The notes under the pieces: model-generated | What the model saw: the letters and a program-made list of their open reading frames with translations, nothing else | What the model was told of the DNA's origin: nothing | Database searches by the model: none | Position numbers and translations under genes: made by a program | Virus record (IMG/VR): IMGVR_UViG_3300036713_000599 | Reading direction: 5' to 3' (one strand) | Origin: a virus | Lineage: Duplodnaviria > Caudoviricetes | Length of the DNA stretch: 64,000 nucleotides | In this document: one piece after another, positions 26,761 to 37,220 of the stretch | Numbering within the stretch: the first letter of the stretch is position 1 | How the letters are laid out: every line of letters begins with the position of its first letter

Positions 26761-29700
26761 ATGGAGATTGTCAAAACGCGTCAACTGTCTCAGGTCCGAC
26801 TCAGCGAGAATTTTCTCGCCCCTTATCGCCAGAAGGGGGATGTCTTCGAAACGTTGTTGGCAAGGTCAACGTATTTGACCAAGTACTCCAGAGATAAGGA
26901 GGGGCCGTTATCGCACGAGTGTTGGACAGATACAATCAAACGAGTCGTGGAAGGAAATGTTAATCTCGCCCCTGGTGTGAGCGTGGAGGAGGCTCAGTTA
27001 CTATTTCACTTATTCTGGACAGGACAGGCTATGCCTCCAGGCCGTGGCCTGTGGACGGGAGGGGTCGAAGGTATCCCTGCGGACGCTCGTTATAATTGCT
27101 GGTTCACAACTCTGCGGGACATTGATGACTGGTGTTGGACGGCTAACCAGCTTATGCTTGGAGGTGGTGTAGGTGTCGGCCTAACTGAGATCGATTCTCT
27201 GCCGACGGTTTCAGAGGGAAATGCTCGTTTCGCAGTATGGTGTCGGGACAACCACCCCAATCTCGGAGAAGTGGACCCTAACGGTCCTGAGTTCCTTAAT
27301 GGCCAGACTCCTGTATTTAAGTGCGAGGATTCCCGTGAAGGGTGGGTCGCATCTTTTCGGAATGTCTTGGACTCAGCTTTCCGCGGCCAGGACTTGATTG
27401 TCGACGTGTCCGAGGTTCGGCCCAGGGGTGAGCCGATTAAGACATTCGGCGGAACCGCCTGTGGTCCGGGCCCTCTTGTACATCTCCTTCGCTCTTCTTG
27501 GGATTATATCCGGCAGGCGAGAGGCCGCCGATTGTCGTCGGTAGAGGCCCTTGATATCACGAACCACGTTGGTTTGTGCATTAAGGCAGGAAATGTCCGT
27601 CGTTGTCTACCTGGGAACACTTTGGTACACACAGAGACAGGCCTTGTGCCTATTAGGGACGTCAAAGTAGGAGACAAGGTAGCTACTTCTGGGACTAGGA
27701 GTGAGCGTTACATGCCTGTGACAGCCCACATGGATCAGGGGAGGCAGCGGTTGGTGGAGATCGAGAACCAGATGGGTATTTTTCGGTGCACGGGTAACCA
27801 CCTAGTTGCTGTGATGACTGGCATCGGCACGTACGAGTTTAAAAAGGCTTCCGAACTGAAGCCTGGGTCGAGGATGGCTTTTGTTAACCATGACATCCCA
27901 GGAGATGTCACCGAACTCCCGTCTTGGGGGTATGACTGTTCTGAAGATTCAACCGCCTGTGCCGACATCTCGGTTCCAGAATTAACTTCAGAGGTTGCTT
28001 GGTTCTTGGGGTATTTTCTTGGGGGCGGTTACGTTAGAGCTGACCATAAAGAGAACGGGTTCAATGCTGAAGTGGTTATGGCTGTGGCTAACGACGTTGA
28101 TGCTGCGGCCATTGTGGATCGACTGGATTCTGTGTTCTCTGCTTTTGGTGTGAGCACTAGTAAGACTCATCCGAGTAGCTGTGATGACAGCTGGGAGGTT
28201 CGAGCCACGTCCAAACAGTTGGCTCGGTACTTCTGCGAGAACTTCAAACAACCGGAGACAGCCACTAAGGTGCCTGAATGCGTTCTTCGTGGCACTCTTA
28301 GAGTTCGGGCAGCATTTCTCGCGGGTGTCTTGGATTCAGGTGGTCACAACAATAAGCCTGTGGTTTTGTGTGCGTCTGTGTACCCCACTTTCTTGGAGGA
28401 GCTACAGTCTGTTTATGCCAGTATTGGAATCCCTACCAGGCTTAAGTTGAACCGTCCCGAAAAAGACACTTGGCAGCCGATGTGCCATTTAAGCCTCGTG
28501 GGGACAGAGGCCGTGAGCTTCTTCGGGGAAAAAGTCCAGTCTTTTGTTTTTCGTTCGAACAGCAAACAGGCGACAACCCACTTGTTTAGTAGGCTCGGAG
28601 GGGACACAAAGGGACTTTGTCCTATCGAGGTCCTAGAGGTTCGTGATTCTGAGATTTTTTCCGACACTTATGATATTGAGGTTGCCGGAGCTGAGGAGTT
28701 CGTGGCATCCGGTTTGCTCGTACACAATTCCGCTCTCATTACGTTAGGTCATATTTCTGACCAAGAATTCCGTGATGCGAAGAAGGACTCTGCTGCCGTG
28801 ATGAGCCATCGTCACACAAGCAACAACTCTGTAGCTTTCCAGGACTGGGATCAGCTTAATAATTTTGACTGGCGTGGGTTGGTGGCTGATAACATTGATT
28901 TCGGTGAACCAGGGATCTTGAATTTACCCCTTGGTCGTCAGACAGATCCTGGCGTAAAGGGTGTGAATCCGTGTTTCAGTGGGGACACTCGCATTGCTGT
29001 AGCTGATGGCCGTGATTCTGTTACCATCCAAGAACTCGCTGAGGCAGGGGTTGACGTTCCTGTTTATTCTGTGAGTCGCCAGACAGGCAAAGTGGAGATC
29101 AAGATGGGTCGCCATCCTCGCATTACTGGTTTTGGTAAGGAGTTGTTGCGTGTCTGGTTGGACGACGGTGGTTACTTGGACACCACACCTGACCATAGTT
29201 TCCTGCGGCTCGACGGCTCAAAGGTTAGTGCGTGTGACCTGGTACCTGGAGACAGCCTTCCCAGGTTCACTGCCACGGGAGAACATGTCCATTGTGATAC
29301 CCGGGATCCCTCTGTAGAGGCGACACCCAAGAGCCAACTAGTCGTCCCAGTTCTTCAAGAAGACAACGATTCTGCTTCGGTGACTAAAAAGTGTGAGGTG
29401 TGCGGGACCCTGTTCGAGACTCTCCGTGGGTTTAGGGAGAGATCTTTTTGTTCTGATACGTGTGTGAGCGCATACTCTAATCACGAAGACCGGCTCTCTG
29501 CTCCTAAGATCGAATCAGAGCAGGCACGTGTTTGTTCTGGTCTTATGTTTGAGTTAGGTCGAGACCCCAGCCATATCGAATGGTCTCATGCCTGTGCGGT
29601 CGAGGGTGTGGCTTACCACCTAGGCCTGGCTTCCAGTTTCCGACATTTTAGGGAGGTCCTTTCTGCAGGGGCTGCCTACAACCACCGTGTTGTAAAGGTG

Positions 29701-30696
29701 GAGAAACTTCCCGGAGAGCATACGGTCTACAATATAACGGTGGACGACCACCACACCGTGGCTGTGATCACTGAAAGTGCTCTTAAAAAGGACGGGGTTC
29801 ACCACACTGGAGTTTACGTAGCACAGTGTGGTGAACAACTTTTGCATGACCGTGAGGCGTGTAACTTGGCAGAAGTTTTCCCTGCCAAGTTTGGGGCGGG
29901 GACCGACCCTATCACTGTATTCCGGCTTGTGACTCGTTATTGTCTGAGGCAGCGCCTTACTCCACTTTCCGACGAGAGGAGTCATGCTGTAGGTAAACGT
30001 AATATGCGTGTGGGCGTGGGCCTTGGAGGTATTTGCGACTTTGAGTGGACCCCTGAGCTTCTCGCCAGGTGGTTCGGTGCATGTCGTCGTGAAGCTGATT
30101 CGTATGCTGAGGAGCTTGGTGTGAGCAAGCCCATAACAGTGACGACAGTTAAGCCTAGTGGTACCATTTCTTTGGTTAACAGTTCCAGTCCTGGTGTACA
30201 TGCTTCGCACTCTCCTTACTACATCCGTCGCGTTCGGATTGCGAAGAATGATCCAATGTCGGCTGCGATGGCAGAGGCTGGCGTAACCTTCGAAGAGGAC
30301 TTGTGCGACGAGACCCACAACACCTGGGTGTACTCCTTCCCCATGAAGGCGGACAATCCGAAGGTCACTAAGGAAAGTGAGACACTTCGTGATCAATTTG
30401 AGCGCCAGGCGACCATCCAGGAGTGGTGGGCAGACAACGCGGTGTCGAGTACCATAAACTTCGATGCTGAGACCGAAAGGGAGGAGCTTGCAGCATGTTT
30501 CGAGGAGTTCGTCCCTCGCCTTAAGTCTACTGCGGTACTTCCTAAAGGTCATGGGTACGTCCAGGCCCCATACGAAGCTATTGACGAGGCGACGTACAAG
30601 GAGATGGCTCGCGGCATCAATCACGACAGTAAACTTGTGGGCGGTGGGGATATCGAGGTGGAAGAATGTGAGGGAGGCGTGTGCCCAATACGCTGA
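26761..30696 (+). CDS. nrdJ: Class II (AdoCbl) ribonucleotide reductase NrdJ with two inteins (651 aa after splicing)
   Basis: MPPGRGLW, GEPIKTFGGTACGPGPL, GNVRR|SALI, NP|CGEQ, ACNLAEV, TTVKPSGTISL, C-terminal CEGGVCPIR. Confidence 0.93.
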   Translation: MEIVKTRQLSQVRLSENFLAPYRQKGDVFETLLARSTYLTKYSRDKEGPLSHECWTDTIKRVVEGNVNLAPGVSVEEAQLLFHLFWTGQAMPPGRGLWTGGVEGIPADARYNCWFTTLRDIDDWCWTANQLMLGGGVGVGLTEIDSLPTVSEGNARFAVWCRDNHPNLGEVDPNGPEFLNGQTPVFKCEDSREGWVASFRNVLDSAFRGQDLIVDVSEVRPRGEPIKTFGGTACGPGPLVHLLRSSWDYIRQARGRRLSSVEALDITNHVGLCIKAGNVRRCLPGNTLVHTETGLVPIRDVKVGDKVATSGTRSERYMPVTAHMDQGRQRLVEIENQMGIFRCTGNHLVAVMTGIGTYEFKKASELKPGSRMAFVNHDIPGDVTELPSWGYDCSEDSTACADISVPELTSEVAWFLGYFLGGGYVRADHKENGFNAEVVMAVANDVDAAAIVDRLDSVFSAFGVSTSKTHPSSCDDSWEVRATSKQLARYFCENFKQPETATKVPECVLRGTLRVRAAFLAGVLDSGGHNNKPVVLCASVYPTFLEELQSVYASIGIPTRLKLNRPEKDTWQPMCHLSLVGTEAVSFFGEKVQSFVFRSNSKQATTHLFSRLGGDTKGLCPIEVLEVRDSEIFSDTYDIEVAGAEEFVASGLLVHNSALITLGHISDQEFRDAKKDSAAVMSHRHTSNNSVAFQDWDQLNNFDWRGLVADNIDFGEPGILNLPLGRQTDPGVKGVNPCFSGDTRIAVADGRDSVTIQELAEAGVDVPVYSVSRQTGKVEIKMGRHPRITGFGKELLRVWLDDGGYLDTTPDHSFLRLDGSKVSACDLVPGDSLPRFTATGEHVHCDTRDPSVEATPKSQLVVPVLQEDNDSASVTKKCEVCGTLFETLRGFRERSFCSDTCVSAYSNHEDRLSAPKIESEQARVCSGLMFELGRDPSHIEWSHACAVEGVAYHLGLASSFRHFREVLSAGAAYNHRVVKVEKLPGEHTVYNITVDDHHTVAVITESALKKDGVHHTGVYVAQCGEQLLHDREACNLAEVFPAKFGAGTDPITVFRLVTRYCLRQRLTPLSDERSHAVGKRNMRVGVGLGGICDFEWTPELLARWFGACRREADSYAEELGVSKPITVTTVKPSGTISLVNSSSPGVHASHSPYYIRRVRIAKNDPMSAAMAEAGVTFEEDLCDETHNTWVYSFPMKADNPKVTKESETLRDQFERQATIQEWWADNAVSSTINFDAETEREELAACFEEFVPRLKSTAVLPKGHGYVQAPYEAIDEATYKEMARGINHDSKLVGGGDIEVEECEGGVCPIR
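27604..28728 (+). mobile_element. Intein 1 in NrdJ (375 aa) with degenerate LAGLIDADG domain
   Basis: Starts CLPGNTLV, ends GLLVHN, +1 Ser; motifs LGYFLGGG and FLAGVLDSGG. Confidence 0.92.
28972..29826 (+). mobile_element. Intein 2 in NrdJ (285 aa), non-canonical Ala-Gln C-terminus
   Basis: Starts CFSGDTRI; block F VYNITVDDHHT; ends VYVAQ; +1 is the catalytic Cys of NPCGE. Confidence 0.88.
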
Positions 30697-30823
30697 AGTG
30701 GTTGTCCCAGGCGACCGCATCCTTCGGTCCGTGACGCAGAGACCGAAGCGATCCCAGAATTCCAAGGCGCATCAAAGCACCAAATAACACACAACCTGGC
30801 CCCTCTTGGTGTAATTAGAGGGG

Positions 30824-32746
30824 ATGGACCTATTCGATCAGCTCGACCAAGAACGAATCGACGAGCTTGGGGCCAACATCTCCCAGGCTCGCCACGACTA
30901 CTACAATAATCAGCCTAGCGTCCCTGATGAGTTGTACGATGCTTGGGTTGACGAACTGGCTGAACTCAAAGAGAACCATCCGGTTGTTGCTGCAGTGGGT
31001 GCCCCTCCGGTGTCGGACTGGCCCAAGGTCAACCATACTGTGCCTATGGGTTCCTTGTCGAAGGTGCAGACCATGGACGAGATGACCTCTTGGATACAGA
31101 AAGTCAGCAGAGAGAAAGGTACTGCGTCATACGAGAAACTGCTGGTCGCTGAGAAGCTGGACGGTATCAGTGTGTCTCTCAGGTACGAGAAGGGGAGGTT
31201 TGTTCAAGGGCTTACGCGGGGTGACGGTGAGACCGGTGAGGACATCACCCCCAACGTGGCTCGTATGAAGAACGTGCCGGCAAGACTCCACGAACCTGTT
31301 TCCGCCACCTTCCGTGGCGAAATACTTTTGTACAAGGATGACTTCGTTAAATACTTTCCTGGTATGCAGAATCCCCGTAACGCTGCTAGTGGAACAGCTA
31401 AGCGGCTCGACGGCTCCGGCTCAGAACACCTTACCGTGCTCGTGTACCAGGTACTAGAGGGCCCTGACTTAGAGACAGAGGAAAAACAGTTCGAGTTCAT
31501 TAAAAAGGTGGGACTGAAAAACCCCCAGTATTACATCACGGCTATGGCTCCAGGTATGCGAACCCCTCACGATATATGGGTGGATTACCAGCAGTCTGTC
31601 CGTGAGGCGCTCCCTTACGAGATCGATGGGCTTGTGGTTCGTGTTAATGATATGCCCCATCAGCTGAGTTTGGGTGAAAAGAACAACCGTCCTATTGGCG
31701 CGGTTGCTTTCAAATTCAGTATGATTACAAGGGAGACGGTGTCAGTTGCTCGGATTGATCAGGTTGGAGGTACTGGCATTATCACACCGGTGGCTGAGTT
31801 TCGCCCTATCCGCCTTCTTGGTGCCGAAGTTTCTCGGGCTTCTCTCTATAACCAGAAATACGTCGAACAGATTGGATTCGACGTAGGTTGTCGCATCCTT
31901 GTCGGCAGATCAAATGACGTGATCCCGAGAGTTGCCTCTGTTGTCCGTAGAACAGGAGCAGTGTCCCAACCTCCGACTCATTGTCCTGAGTGCGGTACCC
32001 CCACTGAGAGGAGCGGGGAATTTATTGTCTGTCCGAACACAGGCGAGTGCCCTGCTCAAGTCGAGGGCCGCATTCGACAGTGGATCAAGGAGCTAGGTAT
32101 TCTTGAATGGGGTCCGACTCTGGTGTCGAGGGCCGTATCCACAGGTTTAGTTAAGTCAGTTCCCGATCTGTATAGGCTCCACCAGCGGCAGGTACAGGAC
32201 TTAGAGAGAATGGGCGCTGCGTCTGCGAAAAAGGCCGTTGAGCAGCTTTGGGTGGTCACACCTCTACCACTGGAGCAGCTCATGGGCGCTCTTGCGGTGC
32301 CTTTGTGTGCCACGAGTACGATGCAGCTTCTTGTTGACGCAGGGTACGACACTGTACACAAACTAAAGTCTGTTCGAATTTTGGATCTGGAGAACATTCC
32401 CGGCTTTGGTCCTAAGAGAGCACAATCCTTTAGAAGATGGTTAGATAGTAACGAGGCCGTGTTGGACGACTTGGTTGAATTAGTTGGGGTCAAGGAGCGG
32501 CCTGTGGGCGCCCTTACAGGTAAGACTGTCTGCTTTACAGGGGCGTCTTCGGTGAAGCGGTCCGACCTCATACGGTTGGCTGAGGAGGCAGGAGGGACTG
32601 TCAAGAAGAGTGTGGTCAAAGGCCTGACTTATCTCGTCATGGCAGATCCAAGTTCTAACTCGTCCAAAGCAAAAGCCGCACGTAAGAACAAAACTGAGTG
32701 TATTTCGGAAGAAGGTTTTCTGGAGATCGTGGGGACCAATGGCTAA
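30824..32746 (+). CDS. ligA: NAD+-dependent DNA ligase
   Basis: AEKLDGIS, RGDGETGEDIT, NPRNAASG, YEIDGLVV, C4 Zn finger, HhH and BRCT (GKTVCFTG). Confidence 0.95.
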   Translation: MDLFDQLDQERIDELGANISQARHDYYNNQPSVPDELYDAWVDELAELKENHPVVAAVGAPPVSDWPKVNHTVPMGSLSKVQTMDEMTSWIQKVSREKGTASYEKLLVAEKLDGISVSLRYEKGRFVQGLTRGDGETGEDITPNVARMKNVPARLHEPVSATFRGEILLYKDDFVKYFPGMQNPRNAASGTAKRLDGSGSEHLTVLVYQVLEGPDLETEEKQFEFIKKVGLKNPQYYITAMAPGMRTPHDIWVDYQQSVREALPYEIDGLVVRVNDMPHQLSLGEKNNRPIGAVAFKFSMITRETVSVARIDQVGGTGIITPVAEFRPIRLLGAEVSRASLYNQKYVEQIGFDVGCRILVGRSNDVIPRVASVVRRTGAVSQPPTHCPECGTPTERSGEFIVCPNTGECPAQVEGRIRQWIKELGILEWGPTLVSRAVSTGLVKSVPDLYRLHQRQVQDLERMGAASAKKAVEQLWVVTPLPLEQLMGALAVPLCATSTMQLLVDAGYDTVHKLKSVRILDLENIPGFGPKRAQSFRRWLDSNEAVLDDLVELVGVKERPVGALTGKTVCFTGASSVKRSDLIRLAEEAGGTVKKSVVKGLTYLVMADPSSNSSKAKAARKNKTECISEEGFLEIVGTNG

Positions 32747-34892
32747 TCTGGAGACAATTGATGGTAGGATCCGAAAGGTGATTTTCCAGAGCGGTGATTT
32801 TTACATTCTCTCATTTTTCTCTGAGGACATGGGTGAGCTGGTAGCGAAGGGTAATATTTTTGGCCTAGTTCGTGTTGTATCTGATATCACCATTCGGCTT
32901 ATCGGTAAATGGGTGCGTCATCCGAAGTACGGTCGCCAATTGTTGATCCGAAACTGGGAGCCTTGGGCAAGGTACCCACAAGAAGTCCGGTACTTCTTGT
33001 GGAACTGTGTAGACGGCTTCAGTGATTCCGAGGTTTTGCGGAATATTAGCAAGAAGGGCCCTGAGGCCTTCCAGACGCTCACTGAAACGCCAAATGCGTT
33101 ATTGGACGCCCAACCACCCATTGGTGAGCCTCGGGCTGTTCAGGCGGCCATTCTAGGTTGGGGCGGGGCATTGTCTACAAGGAACCTGTCGACTCTCCTC
33201 CAGGCGGGTGGTGTCCGGGGGGACGAGATTCAGCTCGCCATGGCTAGGTTTGGGCAGAACACCGCGTCAGTTATTAAGGAAAATCCTTACCGTCTTTTGG
33301 AGGTCATGGATGACTTTTCGAGAGTCGACAAACTGGCGATGAAGCTCGGCTTTAGTATGGGTTCTCCGGAGAGGCTCCAGGGTGGGATCCTTTTAGCCCT
33401 CCGTGAGCGTTCGAAACAAGGCCACCTCTTTTTACGTCGGGGGGAACTCAAGGAGATTGTGCCGGCAGTTTTCTCTGGGTACAACCTGATCCCTCCTAGG
33501 GGGGACTACCGGGAGGCGATCAAGAAGCTTGTTGAGTCTAAGGGTGTGGTATTGGAGCCCGGGGTAGGTATTTATCTTGACAGTCTGCATTTCTATGAAA
33601 GGGAATCGGCTGCACGTATCCGAGATGTTCTGAAAGAGGAAAAGGGTGATCTTAGAATCAACATCCAAAGCTTCATCGCAGACTACGAGCGGTCCAATAG
33701 GATGTCGTTGTCGGATGCTCAGAAGGAGGCCGTTGAAAAGCTGGATCGGAACAGAATCCTCGTCCTTACAGGCCTCCCTGGCACCGGGAAAACAACCTGT
33801 GTCCGGAGCATTGTGCGTCTGTTTGAGACCACAGGGTTGACTTTCACGCTTATGGCCCCCACGGGTATTGCTGCGAAACGTCTCTCCTCTGTGACAGGGC
33901 AGCCTGCATCGACTATTCACAGGGCCTTGCGGTACGACGGTAGTTCTTGGGGCCATAATTCGGACAACAGGTATGTTGTTGACGCTGTCATCGTTGACGA
34001 GATGAGCATGGTGGACCAGGAATTGTTTTATCGGCTCCTGTCCGCACTTCGTCCCGATACATATTTGGTTCTTGTCGGCGACGACGCCCAGCTCCCTTCT
34101 GTGGGGCCCGGGAATGTGTTGAGAGAACTGGTGGCTTGCGAGGACGTGCCGAATGTGAGGCTTACTCAGATTTTTCGGCAATCCGAGAAGGGAGAGATCG
34201 TTAAGAACTCTCACCTCATCAATAAGGGGGAAATGCCGGTCCTCCAAGGACCTAAGGATAAAACGGAGTTCCATTTTGTCCCTATGGACGACGAGGACAG
34301 AATCCTTTCTTTTGTTGTTGCTATGGCTTCGAAGCTCAAGTCCCGTAACGACAACTTCCAGGTTCTTAGTCCGAAATACGAAGGACGTGTAGGTGTCAAC
34401 ACGCTCAATGAGAGGCTTCGGGATAAGCTTAATCCCAGAGGACCCAGGGAGTGGAAGCAGGGTGAGCAGCATTTTCGTACTGGTGACAGGGTCATGGTCA
34501 TTCAGAATGACTACGATCTTGGTGTCTATAACGGGGACATGGGCAAGCTCGTGAGTATTAGTCGCGAAAGCCTGTCCGTTCGTATACACGGGCTAGGAGA
34601 GAATGACCTAGACACAGAGATCACTTTTACGTATCGTGCGGCCGAACAAAAGCTTCGCCTCGCCTACGCGATCAGTGTTCATAAGTCCCAAGGCAGTGAA
34701 TTCAACCACATTGTACTACCGATCACACGGAGTCAGGGTAGGATGCTTCAACGGAACCTGTTGTACACTGCGGTCACTCGTGCACGCAAATCTGTGTGGC
34801 TTATCGGAAGCTCCTCTGCTGTCCAGATAGCCATTGACAACAATAAGGTTGTTCGAAGAAATACCGTCCTCCGGGATCTCATCTCGGTGTAG
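32739..34892 (+). CDS. recD2: RecD2-family SF1B helicase
   Basis: GLPGTGKTT, VDEMSMVD, GDDAQLPSVGPG, LTQIFRQ, LAYAISVHKSQGSEF, LLYTAVTRA. Confidence 0.93.
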   Translation: MANLETIDGRIRKVIFQSGDFYILSFFSEDMGELVAKGNIFGLVRVVSDITIRLIGKWVRHPKYGRQLLIRNWEPWARYPQEVRYFLWNCVDGFSDSEVLRNISKKGPEAFQTLTETPNALLDAQPPIGEPRAVQAAILGWGGALSTRNLSTLLQAGGVRGDEIQLAMARFGQNTASVIKENPYRLLEVMDDFSRVDKLAMKLGFSMGSPERLQGGILLALRERSKQGHLFLRRGELKEIVPAVFSGYNLIPPRGDYREAIKKLVESKGVVLEPGVGIYLDSLHFYERESAARIRDVLKEEKGDLRINIQSFIADYERSNRMSLSDAQKEAVEKLDRNRILVLTGLPGTGKTTCVRSIVRLFETTGLTFTLMAPTGIAAKRLSSVTGQPASTIHRALRYDGSSWGHNSDNRYVVDAVIVDEMSMVDQELFYRLLSALRPDTYLVLVGDDAQLPSVGPGNVLRELVACEDVPNVRLTQIFRQSEKGEIVKNSHLINKGEMPVLQGPKDKTEFHFVPMDDEDRILSFVVAMASKLKSRNDNFQVLSPKYEGRVGVNTLNERLRDKLNPRGPREWKQGEQHFRTGDRVMVIQNDYDLGVYNGDMGKLVSISRESLSVRIHGLGENDLDTEITFTYRAAEQKLRLAYAISVHKSQGSEFNHIVLPITRSQGRMLQRNLLYTAVTRARKSVWLIGSSSAVQIAIDNNKVVRRNTVLRDLISV

Positions 34893-34901
34893 ACTTGGTT
34901 C

Positions 34902-35255
34902 ATGTCAAGTAAGTTGACCCCTGAACAAGAGTCTAGGATCAAGAATCTTAGTGAAAGTATTTCAGAAGAAAAGCTAACTGTTGGTTTTTCTATCGAAAAT
35001 CGAGACACTAGGGGTTCGAAGAAGTGGTGTATGGTGTCTCGTACGATTAGTCTACGAGACAAGGGGTACACCTTTGGGGACTCTCGAATCCTTTCGTGCC
35101 TTTTGGGTAAACGTGTGACGGCTGAGGTTCTTCGTGATGCTGTGGTCCGAGGCCTCCTTTCTGGAGGCGAGGCTAAAGCGGAACTAGAGAGCGCTTTTTT
35201 GAAGTACGACACAGACATTGCAAGGTTTATGGGCGAGGAACATGGATCCAAATAG
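34902..35255 (+). CDS. Hypothetical protein
   Basis: GGTGTA-N10-ATG; 117 aa. Confidence 0.7.
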   Translation: MSSKLTPEQESRIKNLSESISEEKLTVGFSIENRDTRGSKKWCMVSRTISLRDKGYTFGDSRILSCLLGKRVTAEVLRDAVVRGLLSGGEAKAELESAFLKYDTDIARFMGEEHGSK

Positions 35256-36279
35256 AGTCAGACAGATCCTGGATCGGTTGCCGCAGCTTGTGGTTGAACT
35301 TGACCCTGACCCTGTGACAAGAGGTCCGGCCCATCTTCAGAAGGCTATTTTCACCACACGGTCCTACCTCAATGAGACAGGTGTTCTGATCCAAGAAGTT
35401 CTGAGGTACTTGGGTGGGCTGGAAGGTGAGCTGGATGCCAGAGAGACACTTTTTCAGATTCGTTCGGATGAGCTAATGGCTGAGGACGACAGAGTCACAA
35501 GTCGTCCGTCTATTCGTGATCGAGAGGCTATGATCAATGTTATTGAGCGGGAGGCCAGGGCTGAGATTTTAAGGCTACGTCAACGTGTGCGCGAGGTACA
35601 GTCTATTGAGAAGGCCGTTCGGCACCGACACCGGGAACTGGAACACACAATGTCAGCCATACGGCTTCAGCGTGGTTTGATCCAGACTGAGGTGAAGACC
35701 GGCTCTTTTTATGGCGATGAATCGAACCCAGAGAACGGTACCTGGAGCCACAAGCAACCTAAGAAGGAACCGGAGTTGGACGAGTCTTCTTTGGAGAAGA
35801 TCTTCAACTCTACACTGGAGGAGGATTCCCCAGGAGACAAGGAGTCTGTTTTAGGGGCTAACGATCTTACGATTCTTGATCGTGATCGGCGCAGAAAAGG
35901 TTCTTTTGCAGAAAGGCCTGTGGCTGAGGCACCTTCTCAAGGAGAACACAGGGGGAGTCTTATCGACTTTCTGGATAAGGTTGATCTTGGAGACGACGTC
36001 AGTCTTGAGGACGATCCTCTGCCTGCACCTAGTGAGAACAAGAAAAGTACCAAGAAAAAAGAATCTAAGTCTAGTCTTGTTCAGCAGGATCTGGGTCAGT
36101 TTGACAGTGATGCGACTCTGGGTATGGGGGAGGATGTTTTGGAGGAGGTGTCCGAAAAATCTCTTGGAGACGGCAAGACATTTGATACAGAAGAGGTGGA
36201 TCAGGACATCGTTAACTTTCTTGATAGCGACGACGACGACGATGACGTGGACTTGTTGAACATTTTTGACGAAATCTAG
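35242..36279 (+). CDS. Coiled-coil protein with long acidic tail (possible recombination mediator)
   Basis: Helical N-half, Asp/Glu-rich C-half; directly upstream of SSB. Confidence 0.7.
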   Translation: MDPNRVRQILDRLPQLVVELDPDPVTRGPAHLQKAIFTTRSYLNETGVLIQEVLRYLGGLEGELDARETLFQIRSDELMAEDDRVTSRPSIRDREAMINVIEREARAEILRLRQRVREVQSIEKAVRHRHRELEHTMSAIRLQRGLIQTEVKTGSFYGDESNPENGTWSHKQPKKEPELDESSLEKIFNSTLEEDSPGDKESVLGANDLTILDRDRRRKGSFAERPVAEAPSQGEHRGSLIDFLDKVDLGDDVSLEDDPLPAPSENKKSTKKKESKSSLVQQDLGQFDSDATLGMGEDVLEEVSEKSLGDGKTFDTEEVDQDIVNFLDSDDDDDDVDLLNIFDEI

Positions 36280-36370
36280 TCGGAATTGGTGTATCTAGAC
36301 AGAGTCCTTGTTTGCGTGGCCCATCCCACGGACATTTGTTGGGCCGCACAACCTTCACATGGAGAGAAAA

Positions 36371-37219
36371 ATGACTGACGACGACATTTTTGGCGGTTAC
36401 GGGGAAGACGTGGGTCTTGGAGAGGAAGACAGGAAGTACGCGAAATCTGACAGGAAAGAAAGGTTCAAGGGCGAGAAAGATCGTACGTATCGAGTAGCTT
36501 TCGTGTATTTTCACCCGATTAATATCACAGCCATGAGATCGGCCAAGAAGAAGGATCCTGGTATTTCTGGCGAAGACTTGTGCAAGATTGGTGAAGATGC
36601 GCTGAAGAAACGTGCTGAGAGCCTGAACAAGTCCGTCGATGAGCTGGAGGACTGGGAGGTGCTGGATACGAGCCAGATTCAGTTCCGTAAGGTAGTAGCC
36701 CACTACAAGGAGGGTGTGGGCTACGCGGTGTCTAGGTTGGGGCTCGACGGCAAAGAGGCCGATAAGGTTTGGGAGCAGATGGGCGATCCCAAGACGTATT
36801 TCACCACTGTCCTGTTAATTTACCCCACCAACAAGGACGGGGACCTGGACAAGAGTCGCCTTAAGGATGGTTGGGACGTAAAGCCTTGGCGTTTCCCTCC
36901 TCGTATCTACGGTCGTCTACACAAGGTCGCCGAAGGGCTTAGATCGAATGGCCTGAGCGTCGCCTCCCAGGATATTCTGCTCACGTGCGAAAATACGGAG
37001 TACCAGAACTTCCAGCTGGATGGGGCCGGCAAGGCTTTGTGGGTCAAGAATGAGAAATTCAGGGACATGGTTTTGGAGGCGGCCTGTGGTTTGTACAAGG
37101 AACTCCAACCTTTCAGAGAAATGTCTACCGCGGATCTGAAGATCAAGCTAGGTATCAACGATTCTGTCGGAGAAGACGTCTCGGACGAAGACTTCTCTGA
37201 CATGTTGGATAACGTGTAG
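36371..37219 (+). CDS. gp32-like single-stranded DNA-binding protein (putative)
   Basis: Aromatic-rich core, acidic tail EDVSDEDFSDMLDNV, position before RuvC/RecA. Confidence 0.6.
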   Translation: MTDDDIFGGYGEDVGLGEEDRKYAKSDRKERFKGEKDRTYRVAFVYFHPINITAMRSAKKKDPGISGEDLCKIGEDALKKRAESLNKSVDELEDWEVLDTSQIQFRKVVAHYKEGVGYAVSRLGLDGKEADKVWEQMGDPKTYFTTVLLIYPTNKDGDLDKSRLKDGWDVKPWRFPPRIYGRLHKVAEGLRSNGLSVASQDILLTCENTEYQNFQLDGAGKALWVKNEKFRDMVLEAACGLYKELQPFREMSTADLKIKLGINDSVGEDVSDEDFSDMLDNV

Positions 37220-37220
37220 C

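Noticed and set aside
29620-30765. 381-aa antisense ORF
   Set aside because: Shadow of nrdJ; no recognisable motifs
33432-34589. 385-aa antisense ORF
   Set aside because: Shadow of recD2
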